In this document: positions 18,614 to 27,223 of the stretch, in pieces | How the letters are laid out: each line of letters begins with the position of its first letter | Position numbering within the stretch: position 1 is the first letter of the stretch | Made by a program: the position numbers and the translations under genes | Assembly (NCBI GenBank): GCA_044449465.1 | Contig: JBIOHX010000001.1 | Location: 1 to 42,130, forward strand | Reading direction: 5' to 3' | Source: Gemmatimonadales bacterium | GTDB taxonomy: Bacteria > Gemmatimonadota > Gemmatimonadetes > Gemmatimonadales > Gemmatimonadaceae | DNA: 42,130 nt | Notes under the pieces: model-generated | What the model saw: the letters and a program-made list of their open reading frames with translations, nothing else | What the model was told of the DNA's origin: nothing | Databases searched by the model: none

Positions 18614-19834
18614 ATGGACTCGATGATCGTCGCGGCCGGTCGCGCGCTCGCGGCGGGCGATCCGTTCGGCGCGCTGAACCGTGTGGCGCTGCGCGACGAC
18701 GCGGCGGCGCTCGCGTTGCGCGGGATCGCCATGGCGCAATTGGGAGATCTCGAACGCGCCCGCGTGCTGCTTCGGCGTGCGGCGAGAGCCTTTGGGCCGC
18801 GAGAGGCCGTGGCTCGCGCACGGTGCGTCGTCGCCGAGGCCGAGATCGCGCTCGTGACGCGGGATCTCGGCTGGCCAGTCAAGGCGCTCGAGGCAGCGCA
18901 TGCAACGCTAGCCGGGCAGGGCGATGTCGTGAATGCCGCCCACGCACGGCACCTCGCGGCTCGCCGGTTCCTTCTCACCGGACAGTTGGACCACGCGGAG
19001 CGCGCCATCGCCGATCTCGACGTGTCGGTGTTTCCGCCTGCATCGAGAGCCGCGTTCGAGCTCGTCGTCGCCGGCATCGCACTTCGCCGGCTGCGGACGC
19101 GGCCGGCGCGCGACGCACTCGCACGTGCCGCGATCGCGGCGAAAGCCGCCGGCATCCCGTCGCTCCTGGCCGAGGTCGAGCGGGCGTCTCTCGCTCTGGA
19201 TACACCGGCGGCGCGACTCATTCGGGCCGGCTCCGAACGACCGCTCTTGCTCGAAGACGTCGAAGCCGTGCTGGCGTCGGAGGCGCTGATCATCGATGCC
19301 TGCCGGAATGCCGTTCGGCACTCGGGCGCGTCGATATCGCTCGCGACGCGTCCCGTCCTCTTCGCCCTCGTTCGTGCGCTCGGCGAGGCCTGGCCAAACG
19401 ACGTCGCGCGCGATGTGCTTCTGGCGCGCGCCTTCGGCGCGAAGTACGTCGATGACTCGCACCGCGCGCGGTTACGCGTCGAGATCGGGCGGCTTCGCGT
19501 TGCCCTCCGCCGTGTCGCCAACATCCGCGCCACGAAGCGAGGGTTCGTGCTCGGACCGCGCCGCACGGGCGAGGTCGTGGTGTTGGCGCGGCCCATCGAA
19601 GAGGAGCATGCCTCGCTCCTCGCACTGCTCGACGACGGCGAAGCGTGGTCCACCTCGGCGCTCGCCCTGGCGATTGGAGCGAGCCAGCGCACGTTGCAGC
19701 GCGCGCTGGACTCGCTCGCGCGGGAAGGGAAGGTGCAGCCGTTCGGGCGCGGCCGCGCCCGGCGGTGGATCATGCCTCCCATCTCGGGATTCACGACAGC
19801 ATTGTTACTCCCCTCTGCGCTGCCGATCGAGTAA
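18614..19834 (+). CDS. Putative HTH transcriptional regulator (helical-repeat N-terminus, winged-helix-like middle, C-terminal HTH)
   Basis: The ORF runs 18587..19834, with the first ATG at 18614. The middle segment ISLATRPVLFALVRALGEAWPNDVARDVLLARAFG...RLRVEIGRLRVAL resembles an OmpR-type trans_reg_C domain. The C-terminal LLALLDDGEAWSTSALALAIGASQRTLQRALDSLAREGKV is HTH-like. It is divergent from the DUF899 operon. Confidence 0.55.
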   Translation: MDSMIVAAGRALAAGDPFGALNRVALRDDAAALALRGIAMAQLGDLERARVLLRRAARAFGPREAVARARCVVAEAEIALVTRDLGWPVKALEAAHATLAGQGDVVNAAHARHLAARRFLLTGQLDHAERAIADLDVSVFPPASRAAFELVVAGIALRRLRTRPARDALARAAIAAKAAGIPSLLAEVERASLALDTPAARLIRAGSERPLLLEDVEAVLASEALIIDACRNAVRHSGASISLATRPVLFALVRALGEAWPNDVARDVLLARAFGAKYVDDSHRARLRVEIGRLRVALRRVANIRATKRGFVLGPRRTGEVVVLARPIEEEHASLLALLDDGEAWSTSALALAIGASQRTLQRALDSLAREGKVQPFGRGRARRWIMPPISGFTTALLLPSALPIE

Positions 19835-19843
19835 GCTCACGCC

Positions 19844-20482
19844 ATGCGCCAATCCACTGCCGAGATCATTCGCGAGTACGGCCCGTTTCCGCGGGCGAAG
19901 AACATAGGCGGCGTCACCTACGATGGTCAGTCCGTGTGGTTCGCCGCCGGGGATGCCGTGCGCGCATTCGACCCCGCGACAGGCGAGGAGCGCGATGCGA
20001 TCGAGGTGCCGGCGCACGCTGGTACGGCGTTCGACGGCCAATTTCTCTATCAGATCGCCGAAGCACGAATCAACAAGATCGATCCAAAGACCCGGCGCGT
20101 GGTGTCGACGATTCCGGCACCCAGCGGGGGTGGCGATTCGGGACTAGCATGGGCGGAAGGGACGCTCTGGGTCGGCGAGTATCGCGCGCGAAAGATTCAT
20201 CAGATCGATCCGGAAACCGGAGCGATTCTTCGCACGCTCGAATCCAACCGGTTCGTCACGGGCGTTACGTGGGTCGAGGGCGAGCTGTGGCACGCCACCT
20301 GGGAGGGCGACGAGAGCGATCTTCGTCGCATCGATCCGAGCTCGGGCGCGGTGCTCGAACAATTGGAGATGCCCGCGGGCGTCAAGGTCTCGGGGCTCGA
20401 ATCGGACGGGAAGGATCGATTCTATTGCGGTGGTGGAAATAGCGAGACGGTGCGGGCGGTGCGTCGGCCGGGAAGGGCGTGA
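19844..20482 (+). CDS. Beta-propeller repeat protein, glutamine cyclotransferase-like
   Basis: A 212-aa ORF starting 10 nt after the regulator stop. Repeated blades such as KIDPKTRRVV, HQIDPETGAILRTL and RRIDPSSGAVLEQL, with W-containing strands, resemble plant/bacterial-type glutaminyl cyclase propellers. The family assignment is tentative. Confidence 0.5.
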   Translation: MRQSTAEIIREYGPFPRAKNIGGVTYDGQSVWFAAGDAVRAFDPATGEERDAIEVPAHAGTAFDGQFLYQIAEARINKIDPKTRRVVSTIPAPSGGGDSGLAWAEGTLWVGEYRARKIHQIDPETGAILRTLESNRFVTGVTWVEGELWHATWEGDESDLRRIDPSSGAVLEQLEMPAGVKVSGLESDGKDRFYCGGGNSETVRAVRRPGRA

Positions 20483-20483
20483 C

Positions 20484-20602
20484 GTGGGTCGTGGGTCGTG
20501 GGTCGTGGGTCGTGGGTCGTGGGTCGTGGATCGTGGATCGTGGATCGTGGATCGTGGATCGTGGATCGTGGATCGTGGGACGCGGGACGTGGGACGTGGA
20601 TG
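20484..20602. repeat. 7-bp microsatellite of 17 head-to-tail units
   Basis: Counted directly: 6x GTGGGTC (20484-20525), 7x GTGGATC (20526-20574), GTGGGAC, GCGGGAC, GTGGGAC and GTGGATG (20575-20602). The array starts 2 nt after the TGA at 20480-20482. Confidence 0.95.
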
Positions 20603-20652
20603 GATACGAGATTGGCGATTCCTTGCCTGGTGCGACGTCAAAGTGTTTAGAT

Positions 20653-20790
20653 CCGTTTGTGTCCGCTTGTGTCCGCTTGTGTCTTTCACCAATCGTTACG
20701 GCCAGCCCGAGCGGCAGTTCAGCGTCCTCGCCGCATGCAGACCATAACAATTGGACACCGATTAAAACGGACACAAGCGGACACGGGCGG
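20653..20790. repeat. Inverted 10-mer iteron pair flanking a spacer of about 86 nt
   Basis: Three direct units CCG(T/C)TTGTGT lie at 20653-20682. Inverted copies lie at 20767-20790 (ACGGACACAAGCGGACACGGGCGG). GACACAAGCGGACAC (20770-20784) is the exact reverse complement of GTGTCCGCTTGTGTC, which occurs in two registers (20659-20673 and 20669-20683). Confidence 0.9.
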
Positions 20791-20866
20791 ATGGCTGGGA
20801 CGCCCGATCGCGCGGTGGCCGCGCATGACTGCTCGGTCGCGTCGGCCGAAGCCGCGGTGACTTCGC

Positions 20867-21628
20867 CCGGTGCGGCTGGGAGTGCGTCCGGTGCGGTTGG
20901 GAGTGCGTCCGAAGCGGCAGGGAGTGCGTCCGGTGCGGTACGGAGTGCATCCGGTGTGGCACACAGTGCGTCCGAGGCGGCAGGGAGTGCGGGCCGCGAT
21001 CGAATCACTGCGTCCGGTCGTGGGCGCGCCGCGTCCGATGGCTCGGAGACCACGGAGTGACGACGTGTGAGCGCGCCATGCGGCTCGTGCACGGCGCCAG
21101 GTCGCCCGGAGACTGCGCCAGGAAGCAAAGCGACTGCGCCAGGAAGCAAAATGACCACGCCATGACATTCGGGGCCGGCGGGCGATCGCAGAGTCGCCGC
21201 GACGTGTCGCGGGTTTACGGCGGCATCTCGCAGGGTCGCGCGGCCGGATCGCAGAGTGACTTCGCCATGACGCAGAGTGGCCGCGCCTTGGCGCAAGGTG
21301 ACTACGCCGTGCTGCCCGATCGCCCGGGCAGACTGCAGGATCGCATCGGAGCAGTCCAGAGTGACGCCGGCCGATCGCAAAGTGGCGGCGACGTGGCGTA
21401 AAGTGGGATTGCCAGCTCGCAGAGTGGTGTCGGCAGCGGCGAAAGTCGCGGCGCCCAGCTGCAGGGTGGCGGCGGGATGCCCGGCGATGACGAGTCGATG
21501 CTGCAGACTCGTCGCGTCAGGTCGCAGAGTGAGCGCGGGGCAAAGCAAAGTGCGCGCGGGGCAAAGCAAAGTGAGCGCGGGGCAAAGCAGAGTGACCGCG
21601 AGGCAAAGCAGAATGAGCGCGCCTGAGG
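20867..21628. repeat. Degenerate tandem array with a strict 21-bp register (about 36 units, several sub-families)
   Basis: Six units of CCGGTGCGG(C/T)TGGGAGTGCGT type span 20867-20992, and 2x GACTGCGCCAGGAAGCAAA.. span 21111-21152. CGCAGAGT occurs exactly at 21187, 21250, 21271, 21418 and 21523, all offsets being multiples of 21, with 1-2 nt variants at 21229, 21292, 21376, 21397 and 21460. Five units of GCA(G/A)A(G/A)TG.GCGCGGGGCAAA type span 21524-21628. Confidence 0.9.
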
Positions 21629-21803
21629 GCGCGGTGGGCAGAGAGGTTGGCTGGCGGTCCGGCTTCGCCACTCGAGTCCGCACTGGGTTCGCGATGCTCG
21701 TCGCCGTGCGTCGTCATCGACGGAGCGCGTCTCGCGAAGCGGCGGCGCAAGGGGTGTCGCTGTAGCGGTTCGCCGGCGGGGCAGCGCGGGCGCTGTCGCG
21801 GAG

Positions 21804-22769
21804 CTACTTCATCTTGACGGCCCGCTGCCGCACGCCGCCTTGAACGAGCGTCAGCCCCGCGGCGTTACCGGCGTCGTCCAAGTCGAACTCGAGCGTCACG
21901 GCCGTCGTCGCTTTGATGAAAAACCTGGTGGGTGACTCGGCGAAGAGCTGAATGGGTAGCTGCTTCCCAGCTTGGAGCATCAGTTTGACGCCGTCGAAGG
22001 TGACAGCGAAGGTCGCGGTCGGGTTCAGCGAATACTCGCCGATGAGTCGCTGGAGCATCGCGGGCGAGAGCGGGATCTCCACTCGCGCCGCCTTGGCCGC
22101 CGCATCGGCGGCGTCGAAACCGGCGGCCAACCTCGCGGCGTCGAGCGACTGCACTCGCCGTGTCTCTTGGCCGCCTTCGCGCAGCGCGAGCAACCGTCCA
22201 TTCCGGTCGACACGTGCCCAGATCGCCGGCCCGATGTGGACCGAGTCGTCTCCGAAAAACTTCACGGGAAGGATTTGCGGGGGTCGGCGCACCTCGACTT
22301 GCTCGATCGCGATGCTCGCACTGTCCGCGTGCGCGGCGCGCGCTCGAGTGAGCGCGAGATCCCAAGCCAGGATCGAGATCGCGGCCATCGGATACGACCG
22401 GGTCGTGGCCACGCGCATGGTGACCGCCGTGGAGTCCCTCACCATGACACGGGTGGCGCTGTCGCGGCCGTAGGTGACGCTCATGAGAAAGGTGTGCGGG
22501 GCTGCGGTGTACAGCGACATGACGTATTGCGCGGGCCAGCCCTCGGCGTCGAGCACGAGCGTGTAGTCGTGCACGAGCGCGGTGCCTTGGTGCTGGATCC
22601 AGGCTCCCGTGATCGTGTGTCCGGCGCGGACGTATTGCTCGATCGACGTCGTGTCTTTGCCGCGCGTCGTCACGAACGACGTCGTGTCCGGCGTCTGGGC
22701 GACAAGGCCGCCGGCGAGGCATAGGGTGGCGACGACGAGGCGAGTGGCGAGCATCCGATGGTGTCGCAT
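21804..22769 (-). CDS. Secreted hypothetical protein
   Basis: A 321-aa ORF with a signal-peptide-like N-terminus MRHHRMLATRLVVATLCLAGGLVAQ. The C-terminal roughly 90 aa (LQRLIGEYSL..TFAVTFDGVKLMLQAG..PIQLFAESPTRFFIK..TLEFDLDDAGNAAGLTLVQGG) resemble the small beta-lactamase-associated C-terminal domain (DUF3471-like). That resemblance is tentative. Confidence 0.55.
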   Translation of the reverse strand: MRHHRMLATRLVVATLCLAGGLVAQTPDTTSFVTTRGKDTTSIEQYVRAGHTITGAWIQHQGTALVHDYTLVLDAEGWPAQYVMSLYTAAPHTFLMSVTYGRDSATRVMVRDSTAVTMRVATTRSYPMAAISILAWDLALTRARAAHADSASIAIEQVEVRRPPQILPVKFFGDDSVHIGPAIWARVDRNGRLLALREGGQETRRVQSLDAARLAAGFDAADAAAKAARVEIPLSPAMLQRLIGEYSLNPTATFAVTFDGVKLMLQAGKQLPIQLFAESPTRFFIKATTAVTLEFDLDDAGNAAGLTLVQGGVRQRAVKMK

Positions 22770-22887
22770 GAGGATGTGACGATGAGGTGTTGCCGTCGAC
22801 GGGGACCGGGGGGCGTCGGGCAGGTTACGGCGACAGACCGGCGGCGGGAATCGTCCGGAAGGCGCGACGAGCTACAACTTTTGGCGG

Positions 22888-23760
22888 ATGCGCTGCGTAC
22901 GGCAGCACGACACCATGACTATCATGACCGTCGCCTTTGGCGGGCCGGCGATCCAGCCGCTGTTCGCCACCAATGAACGGCTGTGGCTCCGCGTGTGGTT
23001 GGCGACGCAGACGGCGGCGCTCGGGGTCGTCGTTGGGTTGCGCGCCTATGGCTGGATGATCCGGCACGCTTGGGCGGTGGGTGTGTTCGTGCCGGCCGGG
23101 TGGGTCGACGTGCTGCTGTCGAATGCGGTGATGTTCGGCGTCCTGATGCTCTACATTCACCGCGCGAACCGCGGCGCGGCTACTCGGGCGCGCCTGCTGG
23201 GTCAGCTCGACGAGGCGCAGCGTGGTCTAGCCGAACGGGCGCACGAAGCCGGGGCGCAGGAAGAACGGCAGCGCCTGGCGCGCGACATTCACGATACGCT
23301 CGCGCAGGGATTCACGAGCGTCATCAAACATCTCGAGGCGATCGAGCTGTCATTCGAGCGGTCCCCGGCGATCGGCCACATCGTCACTCAGTGGAGTGAG
23401 GCGAACGCGATCGAGGCGACGTGCGTGATCGGAGAGCTGCCGGCGCTGCATCTCGGCGCCGAGGTGACCTGTCTGCGGGCCACGCAGGAGTCGTTGAGCA
23501 ATGTGGCGCGCCACGCGAACGCGTCTCGAGTTGCGGTCACCTTGGACTGCGTCGACGGCCTCCTTCTCCTCTCGGTGGAGGATGACGGCCGTGGTGTCGC
23601 CGAGGCCGAGGACACCAGTGCGGGGCGCATGGGAATCGCGGGAATACGGGAACGGGTTCGTCCGTTCGGGGGGCGGGTGATCGTCGAGAGCGGCGCCGGT
23701 ACCGGCACGAGCATCACCGTCGCACTCCCACTGGCGGCGATCGCGGCGGTTCAGGCGTGA
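22888..23760 (+). CDS. Sensor histidine kinase, HisKA_3 (NarL-partner) type, unusually compact
   Basis: A 290-aa ORF with a hydrophobic N-terminal region. The H-box is ERQRLARDIHDTLAQGF, the N-box region is LRATQESLSNVARHA, and a G-box region is present (DDGRGV...AGIRERV...GGRVIVESGAGTGTSITVALP). Confidence 0.8.
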   Translation: MRCVRQHDTMTIMTVAFGGPAIQPLFATNERLWLRVWLATQTAALGVVVGLRAYGWMIRHAWAVGVFVPAGWVDVLLSNAVMFGVLMLYIHRANRGAATRARLLGQLDEAQRGLAERAHEAGAQEERQRLARDIHDTLAQGFTSVIKHLEAIELSFERSPAIGHIVTQWSEANAIEATCVIGELPALHLGAEVTCLRATQESLSNVARHANASRVAVTLDCVDGLLLLSVEDDGRGVAEAEDTSAGRMGIAGIRERVRPFGGRVIVESGAGTGTSITVALPLAAIAAVQA

Positions 23761-24407
23761 TCGCCCCTCCGGATGGCCGAATTCGCATTCTCGTCGTGGA
23801 CGATCACCCAATCGTGCGGTGCGGCATCACCAGTGTGCTGGCGAGCCAAGCCGACGTCGACGTCGTCGCCGAAGCCGGGAACGGCGACGAAGCGGTGGCT
23901 GCGGCGGCGCGGCTCGAGCCCGATCTCGTCTTGATGGACCTGAGGATGCCGGTGCGCGGTGGCGTTGACGCCTCGGCCGCGATTTTGGCGAGGCGGCCGA
24001 TGACTCGGATCGTCGTGTTGACCACGTATGCGTCGGACGGCGAGGTGCTGCGAGCGATCGAAGCCGGTGCGGTGGGCTACCTGCTCAAGGATGTTCCGCA
24101 CGACGAGCTGTTTCGCGCGCTCCGCGCCGTGGCACGCGGCGAGCGCTATCTCGCTCCGGCCGTCACGGCGCGGCTGATGGCGCGTTGGCGGCAGCCGGCA
24201 CGGGTAACACTCACGGAGCGGGAGCTAGACGTTCTTCGATGCGTCATGCGCGGCGACGGGAACAAGCAGATTGCCGCCGCGCTTGGCATCGCGGAACCGA
24301 CGGTGAAAGCGCACCTCGTACATATCTTCGAGAAGCTCGGCGTCGAAAATCGAACGGCGGCCGCGCGAGTGGCGCGCGAGCAGAGGCTGATCGCAGCGGA
24401 CGAGTGA
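23757..24407 (+). CDS. NarL/LuxR-family response regulator
   Basis: The receiver domain is [13 protein letters not shown]...LVLMDLRMP. The LuxR HTH is [45 protein letters not shown]. The GTG start forms a GTGA overlap with the kinase stop. Confidence 0.9.
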   Translation: MIAPPDGRIRILVVDDHPIVRCGITSVLASQADVDVVAEAGNGDEAVAAAARLEPDLVLMDLRMPVRGGVDASAAILARRPMTRIVVLTTYASDGEVLRAIEAGAVGYLLKDVPHDELFRALRAVARGERYLAPAVTARLMARWRQPARVTLTERELDVLRCVMRGDGNKQIAAALGIAEPTVKAHLVHIFEKLGVENRTAAARVAREQRLIAADE

Positions 24408-24535
24408 CGGTGGCGGATTGGAACGCCCGGGCGCACGAACGCCAAACCGAGCCGGAGCGTTCAGCCGCCCGGCGGCCGGGCATAGCCGGCCGGGGCCCAG
24501 GTTTGTACTATAAGGATGTCTCCGCCTCCGCGGCT

Positions 24536-25027
24536 ATGAGCAAATACAACCTCAGCGTCAACGGCCAGTCCCACTCGGTGGACGTCACGCCGGATACTCC
24601 GCTCTTGTGGGTGCTGCGCGACTCCATTGGCCTCGTCGGCACGAAGTACGGGTGCGGCATCGGCGAATGTGGGGCGTGCACCATCCATCTCGACGGCAAA
24701 CCCACGCGCGCGTGCCAGACGCCGGTCTCGGAGGTCGGACGTGCGGCGGTGACTACCATCGAGGGCCTCGATGCTGGCGGGAAGCATCCGCTGCAGCAGG
24801 CGTGGGTTGAGCTCGACGTGCCGCAGTGCGGGTATTGCCAGGCCGGACAGCTCATGACGGCGGCGGCGCTGCTCAAGCGCAACCCGCACCCGACCGATGC
24901 CGACATCGACGCCACGATGGAGGGCAACTTGTGTCGCTGTGCGTCGTATGTCCGCATGCGCGCCGGGATCAAGCGAGCCGGCGAAATCGCCGCCGGTGCC
25001 ATGCCGGTGCAAGGAGGCCGGTCATGA
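24536..25027 (+). CDS. iorA: (2Fe-2S)-binding small subunit, isoquinoline 1-oxidoreductase alpha (IorA)-like
   Basis: The sequence is [17 protein letters not shown]...[16 protein letters not shown]...[11 protein letters not shown]...[10 protein letters not shown] take the ATG at 24536 as the start; the track start at 24185 is an Arg-rich extension overlapping the regulator gene. Confidence 0.9.
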   Translation: MSKYNLSVNGQSHSVDVTPDTPLLWVLRDSIGLVGTKYGCGIGECGACTIHLDGKPTRACQTPVSEVGRAAVTTIEGLDAGGKHPLQQAWVELDVPQCGYCQAGQLMTAAALLKRNPHPTDADIDATMEGNLCRCASYVRMRAGIKRAGEIAAGAMPVQGGRS

Positions 25028-27174
25028 GACGCGCCGTCAATTCACCGTCGCCGGTCGTGGACCGGCGTGCGTTCATCAAGGTCGGCGCTCTCGCCGGCGG
25101 CGGACTTCTGATCGGCACGTATCTGCGCTTTGGAGCTTCGCCCGCATTCGCGGAGAACGCGCCACTCGCGGGCGACAGCTTTGCACCGAACGCGTTCATC
25201 ACCATCACGCCGAGCGGCGCCGTCTCGATCATCGCGCCGAATTCAGAGATGGGGCAGGGGATCAAGACGGGACTTCCGATGATCGTCGCCGAGGAGCTCG
25301 ACGTCCCCTGGGAGCGGGTGACGGTCGTGCAGGGAGATTTGAATCCCGCCTATGGCCGGCAGTTCTCGGTCGGAAGCGGCTCGACGATTGGGAATTACGT
25401 GCCGCTTCGTCACGCCGGCGCGACCGCGCGCGCGATGCTGATCGAAGCTGCCGCGCAGACGTGGGGTGTTTCGGCCGGCGCGTGCACGACCGAGCGGGGC
25501 GCCGTGATTCACACCGCGTCGAAGCGTCGAGCGACGTACGGCGAGCTCGCGACGAAGGCTGCGACGCTCACGCCGCCCGCCGACGCTCCGCTCAAGGACC
25601 CCAAGGATTTCAAGCTGATTGGCACACGCGTGGCCGGGGTCGACAACAAGAAGATCGTAATCGGCGCGCCGCTCTTCGGCATCGACGTGAAGCTGCCCGG
25701 GATGCTGTACGCGACGTACGCGAAGTGTCCAGTGTTCGGCGGCACCGTCGTGAGCGCCAACTTGGACGAGGTGAAGAAGCTGCCCGGTGTGCGCGACGCG
25801 TTCGTGCTCGACGGCATCGAAGGGCTGACGCCGGGTGTCGCGATCGTCGCCGATTCGACGTGGAACGCATTCAGCGCCGGCGAGGGCCTGAAGGTCCAAT
25901 GGAACGCGGGGCCGGTCGCAAGTCAGAGCAGCGCGGAGATGGCGACGCAGGCGGAGCAACTCGCGAAGTCGACCCCCCCCGCGCCGCGTATGGCGGGCGC
26001 GAAAGTCATCGAGGCGGCGTACCACTATCCGTTCCTCGCGCACGCGACGATGGAACCGCAGAACTGTACCGCGGTGTTCAAGAACGGCGTGATGGAGATG
26101 TGGACGCCGACGCAGATTCCGGCGAGCGGCCAGGGCCTCGTCACGCGCGGCCTCGGCCTCGCGCCAGACAAGGTCATCGTGCACATCACGCGGCTCGGCG
26201 GCGGTTTTGGCCGGCGAGGAAGCAACGAGTATTCGATCGAGGCGGCCGCCATCGCGAAACGGCTCGACGGGACGCCGGTCAAACTCATGTGGAAACGAGA
26301 GGACGACTTCGCGCACGACAACTACCGGTCGAACGGCTGGCACTACTTCACCGCTGGCCTCGACGGTGCGGGCAAGGTGGTCGCGCTGCACGACGCGTTC
26401 GTGAAGATGCAGGGCGGCCCGGGCGACATGAATGCCAGCGGATTTCCGTTCATCGCGATCCCGGGTTCGGAAGTGAAGTCGAGCAAGCTGCCCGCAGGCA
26501 TTCCAACGGGGTATTGGCGCGCACCGGGTGACAACGGGAACGTCTGGGCGACACAGTCGTTCGTCGACGAGCTTGCCCACGCAGCCGGCCGCGATTCGCT
26601 CGCGTTCACGCTCGATTTGCTGGCCGCGGCTCCCGCGGCAACCGGCCGGGGCTTCGACCCCGCAAAGATGAAGACCGTGCTCGAGCGCGCGACTGAAAAA
26701 GCGGGCTGGGGCAAGTCGCGGCCGCGCGGCGAGGGACAAGGCTTCGCGATCACCCATACCAACAACGCCTACGTCGCGATCGTCGCCGATGTCACGGTGA
26801 GCCGCGAAGGCGAGCTGGCGATCAAGAAGCTGACCGCCGTCGTCGATGCCGGCACGATCATCAATCTCAGCGCCGCGGAAAATCAGCTGCAAGGCGCGAT
26901 GCTCGATGGCATCAGCGCCGCGTGGTTTCAGAAGCTCACGATAGAGCGCGGCGCCGCTGCGCAGGCCAATTTCAGCGATTACCGAATGCTGCGGATGAAT
27001 CACTCACCGCAAGTCGTCGACGTCGAGTTCATCAAGTCCGTAGCGCCACCGACGGGTTTGGGCGAACCGGGTCTTCCGGCGGCCGCGCCGGCGCTCTGCA
27101 ACGCGATCTTCGCCGCGACCGGCATTCGGGTTCGCACGTTGCCGATTGCCGATGGCAGTTTGAAGTGGTCGTGA
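25024..27174 (+). CDS. iorB: Molybdopterin-dependent oxidoreductase beta subunit (IorB-like) with a twin-arginine signal
   Basis: The ATG at 25024 forms an ATGA overlap with the iorA stop. [31 protein letters not shown] is Tat-like, and aldehyde oxidase / xanthine dehydrogenase a/b hammerhead and Mo-binding-type segments follow. Confidence 0.9.
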   Translation: MRRAVNSPSPVVDRRAFIKVGALAGGGLLIGTYLRFGASPAFAENAPLAGDSFAPNAFITITPSGAVSIIAPNSEMGQGIKTGLPMIVAEELDVPWERVTVVQGDLNPAYGRQFSVGSGSTIGNYVPLRHAGATARAMLIEAAAQTWGVSAGACTTERGAVIHTASKRRATYGELATKAATLTPPADAPLKDPKDFKLIGTRVAGVDNKKIVIGAPLFGIDVKLPGMLYATYAKCPVFGGTVVSANLDEVKKLPGVRDAFVLDGIEGLTPGVAIVADSTWNAFSAGEGLKVQWNAGPVASQSSAEMATQAEQLAKSTPPAPRMAGAKVIEAAYHYPFLAHATMEPQNCTAVFKNGVMEMWTPTQIPASGQGLVTRGLGLAPDKVIVHITRLGGGFGRRGSNEYSIEAAAIAKRLDGTPVKLMWKREDDFAHDNYRSNGWHYFTAGLDGAGKVVALHDAFVKMQGGPGDMNASGFPFIAIPGSEVKSSKLPAGIPTGYWRAPGDNGNVWATQSFVDELAHAAGRDSLAFTLDLLAAAPAATGRGFDPAKMKTVLERATEKAGWGKSRPRGEGQGFAITHTNNAYVAIVADVTVSREGELAIKKLTAVVDAGTIINLSAAENQLQGAMLDGISAAWFQKLTIERGAAAQANFSDYRMLRMNHSPQVVDVEFIKSVAPPTGLGEPGLPAAAPALCNAIFAATGIRVRTLPIADGSLKWS

Positions 27175-27223
27175 ACGCGGCGGCGCCCAGTCGCTCGTCA
27201 GTTCGCGCGTAGCGCCGGGAGCG

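Noticed and set aside
17686-19794. A 702-aa minus-strand ORF, the longest minus-strand ORF in the track for this region
   Set aside because: Only the last 267 codons (17686..18486, DUF899, with its own RBS and ATG) look like protein. The upstream 430 codons are an Arg/Ser/Ala-rich antisense shadow of the plus-strand regulator gene at 18614..19834.
20867-21628. A CRISPR array; the same question applies to the 30-bp repeats at 41421-41511
   Set aside because: The repeat units abut one another with no unique spacers. The units are degenerate and only 21 or 30 bp long, and there are no cas genes in the window.
20382-21683. Annotating the 433-aa minus-strand ORF, or the 193-aa and 162-aa plus-strand ORFs, as ordinary CDSs
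   Set aside because: These open frames are a by-product of 7- and 21-bp repeat periods. GC3 and codon usage are atypical in every frame I checked, and the minus-strand ORF runs antisense into 19844..20482. I kept this as an open question in the findings rather than calling it a feature.
25243-27003. A 586-aa minus-strand ORF
   Set aside because: It is antisense to the well-supported IorB-like gene. Its composition is Arg-rich and low-complexity with no recognisable motifs, which is typical of open antisense frames in high-GC DNA.
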